From assembly GCA_976551045.1 (NCBI GenBank), contig CDPCPM010000029.1:5084001-5148000 (forward strand): a DNA stretch of 64,000 nucleotides. Reading direction: 5' to 3'. The position numbers and the translations under genes were made by a program. Positions within the stretch are counted from its first letter, which is position 1, and each line of letters starts with the position of its first letter. Of the stretch, positions 51,404 through 64,000 are shown piece after piece. The stretch is from Glaucostegus cemiculus. Its lineage: Eukaryota. The notes below the pieces were generated by a model. That model saw only the letters and a program-made list of their open reading frames with translations. It ran no database searches and had not been told where the DNA came from.

Positions 51404-51980
51404 ATGGCACAACAAGGACATCTATGAATACTGAATGCTGCACTGGTCACCTCAGTGAAAGAAAAGGAAGTTCTCTGGACACATGTTGCAAAGGAAAGAG
51501 ACCAGGAGTCAAACTCATAAGACCTGGTTAGATTGATCCAAATGATTTATTTCAATTTATAATCCCAGTCCAACATGATATTCATGGTCCAGATTAATGA
51601 CTATGCCTATATGCCACATCCTATCAAGTATACCACTGACCTCATGAAATGCTAAAAATAACTCATAACAAAATAACAATAACTGATTTACCAAAAATCA
51701 CCATTCACAACTCGCAACCAATATTCATTAATTCCAATACCCTCACACCCCAAGTCTCAGACCTGTACCTGACAGCTTACACACACTGTTCATGACTGCC
51801 ATATCATGCAAACACACTATGTGATACTCACAAATGAACTTTCTATCCTGCCATTGGACAAGATGGCACATAACCAGTACCAGTGGCTCCACAACCTTAC
51901 CCTGCTTTTGTACAAGATCATGCTCATGATTAAAGCAATAGCCATGACAGAGTCTGCAGCCAGTGGCAATGAAGAGGATT
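51404..51980 (+). pseudogene. Second decayed Harbinger-type Myb/SANT-like ORF
   Basis: MAQQG...AAL...KEKEVL; W-THVAKE...SQTHKTWLD; downstream DKMAHNQ...AMTESAASG. Confidence 0.45.
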
Positions 51981-53089
51981 GTATCCTCATACTATTCCTC
52001 TTATCTGCATCCCTTCCCCTCAATTCAAAGATAAATTCACAACTTCATTTGAGTTGATACACAAGCTCAGGTACCAGCACTACATACTGGGATCTGCAAA
52101 TAATTTCACCAAGGATGAGCAGACTACAACCAGGATGAGGAGAAAAAGGGTAGCCAGGTGCTAGCTCCCTGGAGTACATGGTCACACAGTTTCTGATGCA
52201 GAGCATTCAGATAAAGACAGGGTAGCCCAGGGATTAAGGTTACTGGGTGTGCACAGTGAAATACCCATGTACATTTTAATGGCTACCAAATAGTTTGAAT
52301 GAGCTCCCAACATGCACAGACTATGGCACCCATCCTCTCCAGCAAAAAAGTATGGGAAACCACAACAGAATACTGGTTATCCAACCACAATGAGGCATCT
52401 TGTACCTGGTATCTCAGTTTATATCACAGCGCAATCATGAACTACACAATGTTTGATGCTCAGACTTTGTCATGCAAACTCAGCCTCTTCTTCTTTTGCT
52501 AAGGCAGTCCCTCATGGTTAAGGCCAGCATCCATTCACTCTGTGAGCTCTAAGGTGACAAATGAAATCTATGCAGGATCCACAGTCTCCTCCACATTGAC
52601 TGGATTATTATATGCTTCTTTGGTTGCTTCCAATCTGTCATCCAGCAGATTTAAAGGTTTGCTGAGCTACCAATCCAAGGGGGTTATGCAAATCTGCTCA
52701 CCTCACTCAAGATAATAGCATTCATCTCATAAGTGCCCTCACCATCCTGCCTTCCAGCCAGTATGGACCACTCATTCTGAGAACATACAGCCCAAGACTA
52801 TGCTTTGGCAACCCAGAACTTTTGCTTTAAGATGGACAAGAATCCCGTACGCTAATAATATGAAATTTACATGGCCAAAAGGATAAAGAATCACAATTGC
52901 AGGCAGAAGCTCAACTCATTCTACACTGGTAGGAAATTAAAAACTATGTGCAAGTCAAATTTAAAAAGGAGGGAACAGTTAAACATAAGTATCACAGAGA
53001 AGAAAATACAAATTGTGACAGGCTCTGACAACATATTCTCAATTTATCCTTGCCAAATATGATGAGGCATGGGATTAAAAAATGGCAAG

Positions 53090-53228
53090 CATTTGAATCA
53101 GAGGCATAATGAGCTGCAGACCAAAGTGCTGGTAAATAGGATTAGTATAGATAGGTACTTGATTGTCAGCATAAACATGGTTGGCTGAAGGGCCTGTTTC
53201 TGTGTTGGACAATGCTATGGCTATGTAA
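53090..53228 (+). mobile_element. HER1/CR1 3' tail
   Basis: gtgctggtaaataggattag...ggctgaagggcctgtttctgtg. Confidence 0.7.
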
Positions 53229-54479
53229 CTTTATCCATCCGAGTCATGCTCCCTGGAATTCTTTCCACCTCCATTAAATATATTCCCAAAGCCAATTTCT
53301 TTGTACTAACCTGTCTCTTCATGGCCCAGCAGCTTTCCTACACTTATCATTGAAGGACATTGGGATATTCTTTATATTAAAGGTGATCCAAGGTTTTGTT
53401 TTAGTGTAGAAGTGAAGATTTTACTGTCATTCAAACAGATTTAAAATCCTCATCACTATGTATGGATTTACAACAAAATGTCAACCTCACCAACAGGGAG
53501 AAATGTGTTACAAGAATATGAAAGTTACATATTCTGATTTTAATTTCCACTGGGAAAACCCATTTTAATCATAAGTTTCTGACCTTTTCTATATGTATGT
53601 TTCTTACTAATCATCCTCAATTACCACATATAGTGCTTTTGGAAGCAATCCTTCTCTGTCACTGTATTATGTTGTTTGACTTGGGGCTTTGTGACATTTT
53701 CCTGCATGTTTTGTTAGTAATTTACAAATGATTCTGCCACTACCTCAATGATTCCTATAAAGGACGTCAGACTACTTGTAATCCTAACTATAAGGTACTA
53801 TATTAGAACCTTTTCTACATGTGCCCACTTGTCCCTAAGCTTCTTCAGAGGATTAACAAAGAAAAGATTATTCTTAGCCTCTTCAGTTTACTAAACCTTA
53901 ATCTATTACCACAAACCCAATTACTACAACATCTGTAGCAAAATGTAAGCATTATTGTCATTCCATTTTTCAAGTACTCAGATATAGTATTTTAATGTCT
54001 CAAGTTAGACATCCTTGCAAGTATGACCTAGTGACCTACCAAGCACAGAAGCAATGGACACAAATATTGGGAATCATGTCAATATTATTGCCAAGGCTCA
54101 CCATTAATCTTGCCTTCAACACTGACCTGGGACAGGAATAGGATTTCCCCCAGGTTTGGGGGCTAAGATGATGGTCTGCCTCACTAAATGGCAACAATTG
54201 CCCTCAAGGATGGTGACCTTCCCTCCCTCGAGCCAATTCAATACCTACCACTTAAGGTTATGGTCCTAGCTGGGATCTTTGTCAGAACAGCTGGAATGAA
54301 TTTTACGGTAATTTTTTTTAATGCTGTTGCCACCTTTTCCTCTACTGCAATGAGATTCATCTCTTTGCTCCAGCAGTAGGAACATTGCCAAGATGACCCT
54401 CAATTCAGCCAAATGAAGCTCTGTTTTGAATCCCAGCCAAGAAGAAGCCAACTAATCTAAACAGCACGTTAAAAGATTA

Positions 54480-55310
54480 GCAGCATAGAAAATATATCAA
54501 GCTTAGATGAAGGACCAAGTGCACTGTAGTGAAACCTGGTGACAGTACAAAGACAGGTGAGGAAACAGTCTTTGAGGAGGACAGAAAGCACGTGTATAGA
54601 GGTATCGATAGATGAAGCAACTGAGCAAAAATTTGGCAGGCAGAATGTAATGCAAGAAAATGGGATGTTTTCCACATTGGTAGGAAGAACAGAGAAGGAG
54701 ATCACTGTTTAAATGAAAAGAAACTTCAGTATGTTTTGGTACAGAGGTATCTGAATTTCCTTGTTTATGACACTCTTGTAGCCTGTGGCTAAACTAGGAA
54801 GTAGGAAGCAAATGGAATGTTGTTTCTTTGTTGCATAGGGAGGAAGAATAAATGTAGGAAAGTCTTTCTATGCTGTACAAGAGTTGGTGAGATCTCATCT
54901 GGAAATACAGTGCAGTCTCCTTATTTTGGGAGGCAACTCAAAGAGGTTTTATTGGATTGATCCTTGGGATGAAGGATTTCTCTGGTGAGGAAAGACAGTT
55001 TGTGCTCATAGAGTTTAGAAGCATGAGGGATGATCTTATTGAAACATATGAGAGTCTGAGGGAGCTTGATAGGGTAGGTTATGGGAAACTAGGGAATATG
55101 GTTTCAAAATAAGGAATCACCCATTTAAAATGGTGAAGTGTAGGAATTTCTATTCTCAGAGGGTTACAAATCTTCAGAAATCTCCTCAGAGAGCTCTGGA
55201 AGTTGAATCTTTGAATGTATTCAAGGATGAGAGAGTTTTAGTCTATCAAGGAGTCAAGGATTATGATGAACAGTCTAGAAAGTGGAGCAGAAGCCAAAAT
55301 CAGATCAGCC
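54480..55310 (+). mobile_element. Old CR1 LINE 3' portion (tail resumes at about 55660-55730)
   Basis: WQAECN...FH; RNFYSQRVTNL...EVESLNVFK; atcagatcagccat tail. Confidence 0.75.
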
Positions 55311-55655
55311 ATAGAACATAGAAGGAGGAATGCAGGAAAAGGCACTTCAGCCAACGATGTCTATGCCGACCATGATGCCAATCCAAACTAATCCCAACTG
55401 CCTGCACATGGTCTACACACCTCCATTCCCTGCCTGTTCATGTCTCTTTCTAAATGCCTCTGAAAAGTTGCTCTTGTATCTGCGTCCACCACTTCCTCTG
55501 GCAGCACGTCCCAGGCATCTACATTCGCTGGTAAAAAAAACAGCCTCACAAATCTCCTTTAAATTTTCCCCTCTCACCTTAAAACTATGCCCTCTAGTAT
55601 CTGAAAATTCCACCTTGGGAAAAAGACTCCGACTATTTACCCCCTCTATGCCTCC
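55310..55655 (-). mobile_element. HER1 3' end inserted into the CR1 tail
   Basis: TRGHSFKVRG...FFT; catagaacataga tail on the plus strand; homologous to 7595-7940. Confidence 0.88.
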
Positions 55656-57679
55656 CCATCATTGTAATTTTACTGAATGGTATAGCAGACTTGAGGACCT
55701 AGTCCCGCTCCATTTCTGCTGTACATTATAAGCATCAACAATAATCACTTATCTAACTATTAAATACATAAAATAAATTATACCACATATCAATGTAACA
55801 ACTGCAATAAAACCTTTACCCCTTGTTTAACCTGAAAGGATCTACCAAGTAAATAGGGATGTCATCTCTAAGTATCTCTAAGTGCTGTAGTCCACAGAGA
55901 GTTCACATAGGGTTATGAAATCTACGTTATAACCAGAAGTAAAGTTTTCATAAGAAAAACAAATTAAAATCATGATACCAAATAATTACTTACATTAAAT
56001 AAAGATTTATTTCAATAAAAAATACAAAGCAAGCATTTGTCCTCTACCCTAGATCAACAAATAAGGGTTAGTCAAAATTCTGTTCCCGCCACCACTTTCA
56101 ATACTGCAACATTCCCATCAGAGAAACACAATTTAACGACCATAAAGACCAACTGTCCTTTAAAACTGTGATTTATATGCAGAGTGTCATTGAATTTAAA
56201 AAAAAACACTTCTTTAGGCTTCAAAATAGTAAGCTTTAATATGCAGGGAAAAAAAACAGAAAATATTTCAAACCAGAGCAGCAAGCCAGAGGAAAAGAAC
56301 CGTGCAGTCTTCTCCTGAGACCACATAAGATGAATGTGAGTGTTGAACAGGAGTACAAGTTTACATTCTCCTGGGATCTTCTTCCATCCACATTATTCCT
56401 TTACACGAGTTTGTTTTTGCTATGCTTCATTCTGACTTCCACTCAACTGGACATACTGCACAATTAGGCCTGTGTAATACTTAATACTGGGAGGCAGCAT
56501 TTTATTCATTCCCTACAATGTTGGATTACTATTTTGCTTGGTCAATGATTTTCCCCACCCCCCTTCTGGGCTTAAGAATGGAGTAAGTGGTCAATCACAA
56601 GACAGGGAAAAATGTACACCCCCTGGATTAACACATCATCAATAAAAAAAACGCTTCTGTCCTAACCTCTCCTTCACACCAGCCTAAGGTTAGCTTCCAC
56701 ATGAGTGACTACAATGGATGATAGGAGTCTGTAATCTCTCCTTCTAAAATGATTATGCTGACAAATATTTAGCCCTTGAAAACTACTGCTGATGCTGCAG
56801 CTGTGAGAATTTAAACCACGCAAAATATCTGAATTACAGTAATATTTATATACTTATTTACTTATGAAGAGAAAGCAGCATGTATTATAAAACTTTGATT
56901 GACAAAGATTAAATATTCTTTTGCAAATTTGATTTTCTAATAATAATAACAATAATAATGATGCTGTCCTGCTAGAATAAATAATTTCCATGGTCTGACA
57001 GCTGCAATAAGCGATGAATTAAAAATGCTCCTATATAAGGGAAAACTGGTTTATAATCAGGGTTATTCTTAGAAAGAACATCATCCAATCTCAGTTCCCA
57101 CAATGATCTGATGCATGAATGACGTCCGGGAATGAGGTAGAAACTCCCATTGCATCACATGGGGCTGATTGCCTGCAGTACAAGGGAAAGACTGTTGAAC
57201 GTATTACATGGAGAACTGCTGCAGGAGTGACTCACTACTTAGCACTGAGGCCTTCACAGAATGAAATCCAAGTGTCTGTAAAGTTTTCTAATATTCAATT
57301 AGAGAAACAAACTATTATGTATTGCTTTACATGAGCATGGATTGATCTTTTTTTAAACTGCACTTGGCAACATTCTGAGGTCATGAGACTGTTGGTGTAG
57401 AAACATTACACCAGATTTCTTTGTACAGTAACGTCCCACATGGAAGTGGCACGTGTTTAAGAGGTATTTTTGGATTATAAGTGGCAACTGCAGTCCTTAC
57501 AGAGTCTCAGCATGAAATGTTAACAACGTTTGCAGCATTCAAGCATGAATTATGATTCAGAACCATTTCTCCTAAATTTTATTAATTAGTGTTTTTATAC
57601 ACAACCCTTAGCAAATAATAGAACAGTATTCATGACCATGTCATATGGAAAATCAGCTTATGAATTCTAACCCACCTGT

Positions 57680-57780
57680 TATCTGATGGAAGGTTGTTGA
57701 CCTGAAACATTAATTCTGTTTCTCTCCCCATAGATGCTACCTCAGTCACTGAGTATTTCTAGCATTTTTAATTTTTTTGT
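57680..57780 (+). mobile_element. PLE terminal fragment
   Basis: ctgatggaaggttgttgacctgaaacattaattctgtttctctcccca. Confidence 0.7.
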
Positions 57781-58694
57781 TATCACAATGGTTGAAATAT
57801 TTTCAGAACAAAATCAAGACATTCTGCTGAAAATACTTAACTACATCGGCTGTACAATTATTTAAAAATATCAGAAATACAAGCTCTTTTAAACAATATC
57901 CATTTCTGTGAAATTACCTTCTACACCCTGTTCCATCAATAGGCAGGTAATATGGTTAGCTGTGATCCATTTTTCATAAATACAATATATACTTATAAAG
58001 TCATTGCACGCAAATTTTAAAAATCTTTTTATATTGGAACCGGTCAAATAAACCACTATTCACATTCCAAGGAAACATTATGTTAAAAATGCAAGCTACT
58101 TTAAATTAAATTTCTACATTAAAATCTTTTTAAAAAAATATTTCAAATGCATCAGTCACTCAACAGCCGACAGACTAAAATAGGCAAAGCTAACAATCCC
58201 ATTTTGTTTTGTTTTGTTGCAATACAGATCAATTTACTCTATATTTTTGTTTCTATGTCAGATTTCCAGCATCTGTATTTTTTGTTTTCAATACTTCATT
58301 AGCATTATTTCCTGCATGCAACTGTTGATCAATATAATATAACAAATCTGAGCCACATTGTCCTAAAAAATTCAGTACTGTTGGATTCCAAAAATAGATC
58401 ATAAAGGAACTATGGTTTACTAAATTAAAGGATCATTTGTTCTCATTCTCAGAGCATCAGTGTTTTACAACTTAACTGATTAGCAATTAAATAATAAGTT
58501 GGAATTAACCTCACAGTAATCATTAAGTGGATATTGCTCTGGTCAAGTGGATACTGTTCTGAATCTAATATATGTGCAATTAATAGTGACATAGTGAGTT
58601 GGTGAAACAAGCTAAAATTTTCACATCAGTTGCCCAATAATAGTACATTAGAACATGAATCACTGTAGTGTCCCAATTTTGGTGTGATGGTAGG

Positions 58695-59720
58695 AAGCAG
58701 AGGGTGATGGTGAAAGGTTGTTTTTCAGACTGGAGGACCATGACTTGTGGTGTTCCTCAGGGGTCTATTGCTATTTGTCATCTATATCAATGATTAGGAT
58801 GAGACTGTACAAGGCATGGCTAGTAAGGTTGTAGGTGACACTAAAATAGGTGATGTTGTTGACAGTGAAAATGGTTATCAGGCTTAACGGAGGAATATTG
58901 ATCAGCTGGGTAAGTGGACTGAGAAATGGCAAATGGAATTTAAATTGGATTAAGTGAGAAGTGTTGCATTTTGGGAAGACAAGTGAGGGTAGGACTTTCA
59001 TAGTGAACAGTAGGGAGTGTTGTAGAACAGAGAGACTTAGATGTACAAGTACATAGTTCCCTTAAAGTGGCATTGCAGGTAGACAGGGTGGTGAAGCAGG
59101 CTTTTGGCACACTAGCGTTCATCAGTCAGGCATTGAGTATTGAAGTTAGGATGTTATGTTGCAGTTGGACAAGATGCTAGTGAGGCCACATTTGGAATAT
59201 TATGGTCAGTTTTGTTCACTCTACTATAGGAAAGATACCATTAAGCTGGAAAGAGTGCAGAGGATATTTACAAGGATGTTGCTGGGACTCGACGGCCTGA
59301 GTTATGGAGAGAGGTTGAGCAGCTTGGGATTTTTTCCATTGGAGAATAGAAGAATGAGGGGTGATTTTATAGAAGTGTATAAAATTATGAGATGCATAGA
59401 TAAGGTGAATGCAGTTTGTTTCCAGGGTTGGGGAATCAAGAACTAGAGGGCATGGGTTTAAGGTGAGATGGGAGACATTTAACAGGAACCTGAGGGGCAA
59501 CTTTTTCCACCCAGAGAGTGGTCAGTATATGTAATGAGCCACCAGAGGTAGTGGTTGAAGCGGGTACATTAACAACATTTAAAAGATACTCGGATAGGTA
59601 CATGTATAGGAAAGGTTTAAAACACAGGGAAATCGGAGTAGCTTAGATGTAAATCTTGGTCGACATGGACCATTTAGGCCAAAGGGCCTGTTTCCGTGCC
59701 GCATGACCTTATGACTCTCT
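58695..59720 (+). mobile_element. HER1/CR1 LINE RT C-terminus and 3' end
   Basis: GVPQGS, LVRPHLEY, KLERVQRIFTRML, MRGDFIEVYKIMR; tail gggcctgtttccgtgc...tatgactct. Confidence 0.92.
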
Positions 59721-59779
59721 GGCTCCAAAGCTGTTCTTAAAGGTGCATTACACTGCCAATCATCAGAACCAGATGAAAC

Positions 59780-60092
59780 ACTAACCCTAAACCTAATAAA
59801 CCTTGATTTTGCCTCTGATGTCAATCCTGAATGGTCCCAAACCCCAGACTCCAACCTAAAATATAGCAAACCCCAAAACCCACTTAAACTCTAAATCGAA
59901 TGTTGTCTAATGCTGTCTCTAACTCTAATGTATCCTGATCCCCATATCCTCTTCTAAGGATCTGCCTTGAACCCTTAATTTCCACTTAATCACCCACCCT
60001 AAAACCAGCTCTAACCACAAATCAATCCCTAATCCCAAATCACTCCATATTCCCAAGCTATGCTTTACTCTAATCCTTTCCTAACCTGAAAC
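59780..60092 (+). repeat. Degenerate CCCTAA-like low-complexity tract
   Basis: Many variant hexamers (ctaacc, ccctaa, ctctaa, ccttga, cccaaa); G-poor strand. Confidence 0.6.
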
Positions 60093-60184
60093 TTATTTTA
60101 ATCGTAAGTGCTACTCTGTAACTTTTGTTGGAGATATATGCTCTTTTAGGAAGCTAACATATCCATGGAACTTCCCAATATCAG

Positions 60185-61500
60185 TGTCTATCTCCTTCCT
60201 GTACTCCAACTCGTCGCTGTTTGTGATACGGCCTACAACGGTGGTGTCATCAGCAAACTTGTAGATGGAGTTAGAGTAGAATCTGGCCAGTGTATAGGGA
60301 ATAAAGTAGGGGGCTGAGGATGCAGCCTTGTGGGGCACCAATGTTGAGAATAATCGTGGCAGAGGCTGCCTATTTACTGATTGTAGTCTGTTGGTCTGGA
60401 AGTCAAGGATCCAGATGCAAAGGGAGGTATTGAGTTCCAACTCTAGGGGTTTGGAGAGGAGTTTGCTTGGAATTATAGTATTGAATGTGGAGCTGTTGCC
60501 AATGAACAATAGTCTAACGTAGCTGTCCTTACTGTCCAGATGCTCCAAAGGTGAGTGTAGGGCCAGGGAGATGGCGTCCGCAATGGACCTGTCTCGACAG
60601 TAGGCAGATTGTAGTGGGTTAAGGTTATCTGGGAGGCTGGAGATGACGTGTGCCATGACCAGAGTCTTGCAGCACTTCATGATGGTGGATGTCATAGCCA
60701 CAGGGCATTAAGGCACATTACCTTGTTTTTCTTAGGTACCAGGATGATAGTTGTCTTCTTAAAGCAGGTGGGAACCTCAGATTGCAGTTGGGAAAGGTTA
60801 AAGATGTCTGCAACTACTCCCATCAGTAGATCTGTGCAAGATCTAAGGACACAGCCAGGGGCACCATCCTAGTCAGATGCTTTCCATGGGTTCCCTCTCT
60901 GGAAGACTGATCTTACATCTGCAATGGTGACTGTGGAATCAGGTGCACTGGAAGCTGTCCAAACGTCTTTTGTTCAAAATATGCATAGAATGCGTTGAGC
61001 TTATCAGGAAGGGGTGTGCTGTTGTCGACAATGCTGTCTGACTTCGATTTGCAGCCCATTATAGCATGCAAGTCCTAGCACAATTGACAGTTGGTCTGGG
61101 ACTTGATTGTGGACTGATATTGTCTCTCAGCATCCCTGATAGCGTTATGGAGGTTTATGAAGGTTGGCATGGTAGTGTAGTGGTTAGCATAATGCTATTA
61201 CAGTGCCAGCAACCCGGGTTCAATTCCGGCTGCTGTCTGTAAGGAGTTTGTACATTCTTCCCATGTCTGCGTGGGTTTCCTCTGGGTGCTCTGGTTTCCT
61301 CCCACATTCTAAAGATGTACAGGTTAGGAAGCTGTCAACATGCTATGTTGGTGCCGGAAGTGTGGTGACACCTGCAGCCTGCCCCCATGACACTCTATGC
61401 AAAAAGGTACATTTCACTGTGTGTTTCGATGTACATGCGACTAATAAAGAAAGCTTATCTCAATTTCTACAGGTCAGGGTCACCTGATCTGAAAGCCAAT
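60185..61500 (-). mobile_element. Rex1/Babar LINE RT fragment, interrupted by a SINE
   Basis: AMTSTIMKC...[32 protein letters not shown]...FNTIIP...WILDF; [11 protein letters not shown]. Resumes at 61462-61497 after the SINE. Confidence 0.92.
61166..61460 (+). mobile_element. tRNA-derived V-SINE
   Basis: A box TAGTGTAGTGG, B box GGTTCAATTCC, V-domain gtgggtttcctctgggtgctctggtttcctcccaca. Confidence 0.92.
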
Positions 61501-61789
61501 TGCTATTTGCAATTGCTTGCTACTCTACTCTGAAATTTAAACCCTATTGTCAACCTTAATTTAGATTTAAATTTGGGAAAGGAGAATACAAGTACAAGAG
61601 CAGCACATGCTCTACTGCCTATAAGCTCAAACTTCAACAACCATCTCAAATTCTACTTATTGCCAAAGTCTGGTTACTCTGGACCCTGACCAAAACACAT
61701 AGAGATTGACGTGCCATTCAGAGTACATTCTAGTTAGAATGGCATTAGTATTATACCAGGTAACTTTGATTTGTCAGTTAGCATTAAAG

Positions 61790-62130
61790 AAAGAAAAATA
61801 ATCCATTTATAATAGAACCTTTCAAAGCCTTAGGACACCCGAAATTATTTTTCCATCAATAAAGTTATTTTGAAGTGTGGTCACTATAGTAACACAAGAA
61901 ATTCTCAGCAAAGACCCACTAACAGGAATACAATTGATGACCAGACAGTCTGATCCAAGATATTGGTTGCAGGATAAATGTTAGCCAGGATGTTGTGGAG
62001 ATCTCCCTTGCTCTTCTGTGAATATTGCAATGGGATATGTTACATTCACCCGAGTTTAACAAGGAGGCCTCATCTGAAAGATGGCAGCTTTAACAGAAAA
62101 TACTCTCTTTATTACTGCAGCAGAAGGTCA
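61790..62130 (-). mobile_element. Deu-type SINE relic
   Basis: ttttgaagtgtggtcact...atgaccaga...ggataaatgttagccagga...cccttgctcttct...ctcatctgaaagatggca. Confidence 0.7.
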
Positions 62131-63379
62131 ATCCAGAATGAACTGTGTTTGAGTTAACCTGTTCCTTCAAGGTCTAAGCCTAATCCAAATGAGCCTTAAG
62201 AAAGCCAAACTGAAACACAGCATTTAAAGATTGTTTGCATCTGTAACATCAACATACGTGCATATTTTACAAGCAAGTCTTCAGTGGTTCTGCTCACTGT
62301 AAAGCCAGAAAATTTAGAGCTTTATTACACAGGAATGATAACAATTCGTATTTATTTTGCAACTGCAACTCTGAAAAATATGAAAAAGGCACTTCCCAGT
62401 AATGTTAGCAGACATAAATTGGCACATAGCCAAAGAAAGAGATACTAGGAGGGGCAACTGAAAGTCTGATTTAAAAAAAAAATCAATGCACAAAGAAAAG
62501 CCTGCAACCACCATTCAGTTGGACCTACACCTTGGGACCCAGGCACTATCGAGTTTTTAAAAGGGTGGGCCCATAACTAAAACAGACACCATTATGCTGT
62601 GCAATGAATTAACCCATTTCAGAGGCACCTCCCAGTTATTGGCCAGTGTATTTTCTTCTGTTGTACTGAATTCCTTTAAGACAACAGTGTTTAATTACTG
62701 TGTGCAAGCACTGGAGAAATTCATGCAAATATCAATTAAAAACTCTGAATATCCAGATTGTGTTATTTTGTGTATCTTAAAAAGAGTCCTCATGCTTTTC
62801 TATAGATTTCTTTGCAGTTTGCCAAAGAAATTAACATGTGACAGCAGACAAAGAGACAGACAGCAGATGTTTGGTACTGATCCTGCTTTTAAGTGTCACT
62901 TGAAGAATGCCAGTGAGCACATTATTTTGTAACAATAGGGTATTATGTTGTACAAAACACAATGTACCAACACAGAATTTAGCTGCAGTGACTGAATTGC
63001 AACATTACATTCTTGTATGAATATAATAAATTGAATGATTCAGATTGTTATCATATACTTCTATTGTTCACATTTAATTTTGATCTCTCACAGAATCGCA
63101 GACATATATGGCACAAAAAATCTTTTGACTCATTGAGTATTTGTGAAAAAGTACATTTTCTACCATCAGGATATATGGGCATCATACAGAAGAGTGGAGA
63201 TAGGTACTGTATATGGAATTTAACAACAGTGGAACTTCAAAGCTATCAAATGATTGTGTTGCCCTGATTTAGTTTTCTCCTGAGGCAGAAGGCCCTTTAG
63301 GAGTCAAGCTTCATTATGGACACAAGTATACAATCTAGGATAATAATGTGGGAATGTTTCATTGCCAGAGATGTCATTT

Positions 63380-63650
63380 TTTTCAAAACAAAACTGAAGC
63401 CCTGAACTGGACGTAAAACATACACATTACTCTTGTGGCAGTTCTCTGTCAATTTTATTCAGGTTCCTTTGATTCCATTGAAAGACTGATGGGAAAGAGA
63501 AGAGGTGAAGCCGACATCTTGCACTTCTGTTAATAAGGTTATTAACTGTTAAGTGAGATTGCCACCTATCAAGTGATAAATCAGTGGAATTCAAAAGGTT
63601 CCATTTCTCAATTTGAAAAAGTGTAGGGCATCCTTCCAGGATCCCTGCTG
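63380..63650 (+). mobile_element. Deu-type SINE relic (rearranged)
   Basis: Fragments homologous to the other Deu-SINE copies, apparently in mixed orientation; strand uncertain. Confidence 0.4.
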
Positions 63651-63764
63651 ATACCAAACATAAGAGGTCATTAATTTGCTGTTTGTGGAACTTTACATTA
63701 CACATAATGACAGCATTTATATTTCAAAAGCAAACCCTGATATAAGGATTGTTGGATCCAATTA

Positions 63765-64000
63765 TTAAATATAAAATTGAAAGTGCTGGAAATACTCAGT
63801 AGGTCAGGCAGCATCAGTGGGGAAAGAACCAGTGTTAATCCTTTGGCTCACTGATTTGTCATAATAAGTGGGAAACCGGGAAGAATACGAAAAAAATTTG
63901 TGATAGGGTGGAAGGCCAGAATGATTATAATGCAAATAGGAAGGCAATGGAGGTGAACAAGATAAAAGAGGCAATGGAAAAGCCAAAAATTTGTGCAGAA
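63765..64000 (-). mobile_element. PLE terminal fragment running off the window
   Basis: aagtgctggaaatactcagtaggtcaggcagcatcagtggggaaagaaccagtgttaat. Confidence 0.75.

Noticed and set aside
61166-61240. tRNA gene (A and B boxes present; also at 23360-23432 and 24510-24585)
   Set aside because: These are tRNA-derived SINE heads followed by a V-domain and a LINE-like tail, with no complete cloverleaf.
1-64000. Prokaryotic defence system, CRISPR array or operon
   Set aside because: The sequence is vertebrate repeat-rich DNA. There is no regularly spaced repeat-spacer array, and the long ORFs are explained by retroelements.

Overview
This is eukaryotic DNA from a cartilaginous fish (shark or ray). 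The repeat families are the ones typical of chondrichthyans, so the organism is an inference, not an identification. I found no convincing host protein-coding exon, RNA gene or CRISPR array. The window reads as a large intron or gene desert built from layered retroelement fossils: CR1/HER1 LINEs, several Rex1/Babar subfamilies, Penelope-like elements (PLE), a rearranged Tx1/L1 element, tRNA-derived V-SINEs and Deu-type SINEs, a solo LTR, and two Harbinger-type Myb/SANT relics. One full-length but decayed CsRn1-clade Gypsy provirus lies at 1240-5386, with LTRs, a tRNA-Trp PBS, a PPT, a CHCC gag knuckle and an intact-looking -1 frameshift signal. The most unusual structures are: a perfect 87-bp inverted repeat (50900-51144); two more perfect inverted repeats (13828-13870 and 45068/45951); PLE-terminal hammerhead-ribozyme relics including a foldback element; a head-to-head Tx1 ORF1/ORF2 arrangement with twin-priming geometry; V-SINEs carrying a Rex1-like instead of HER1-like tail; and a 1.66-kb HER1 frame broken only by three Trp-to-TGA stops. 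Family assignments come from recognising motifs by eye, and most element boundaries are approximate. I cannot support a claim of a wholly new biological system from sequence alone.
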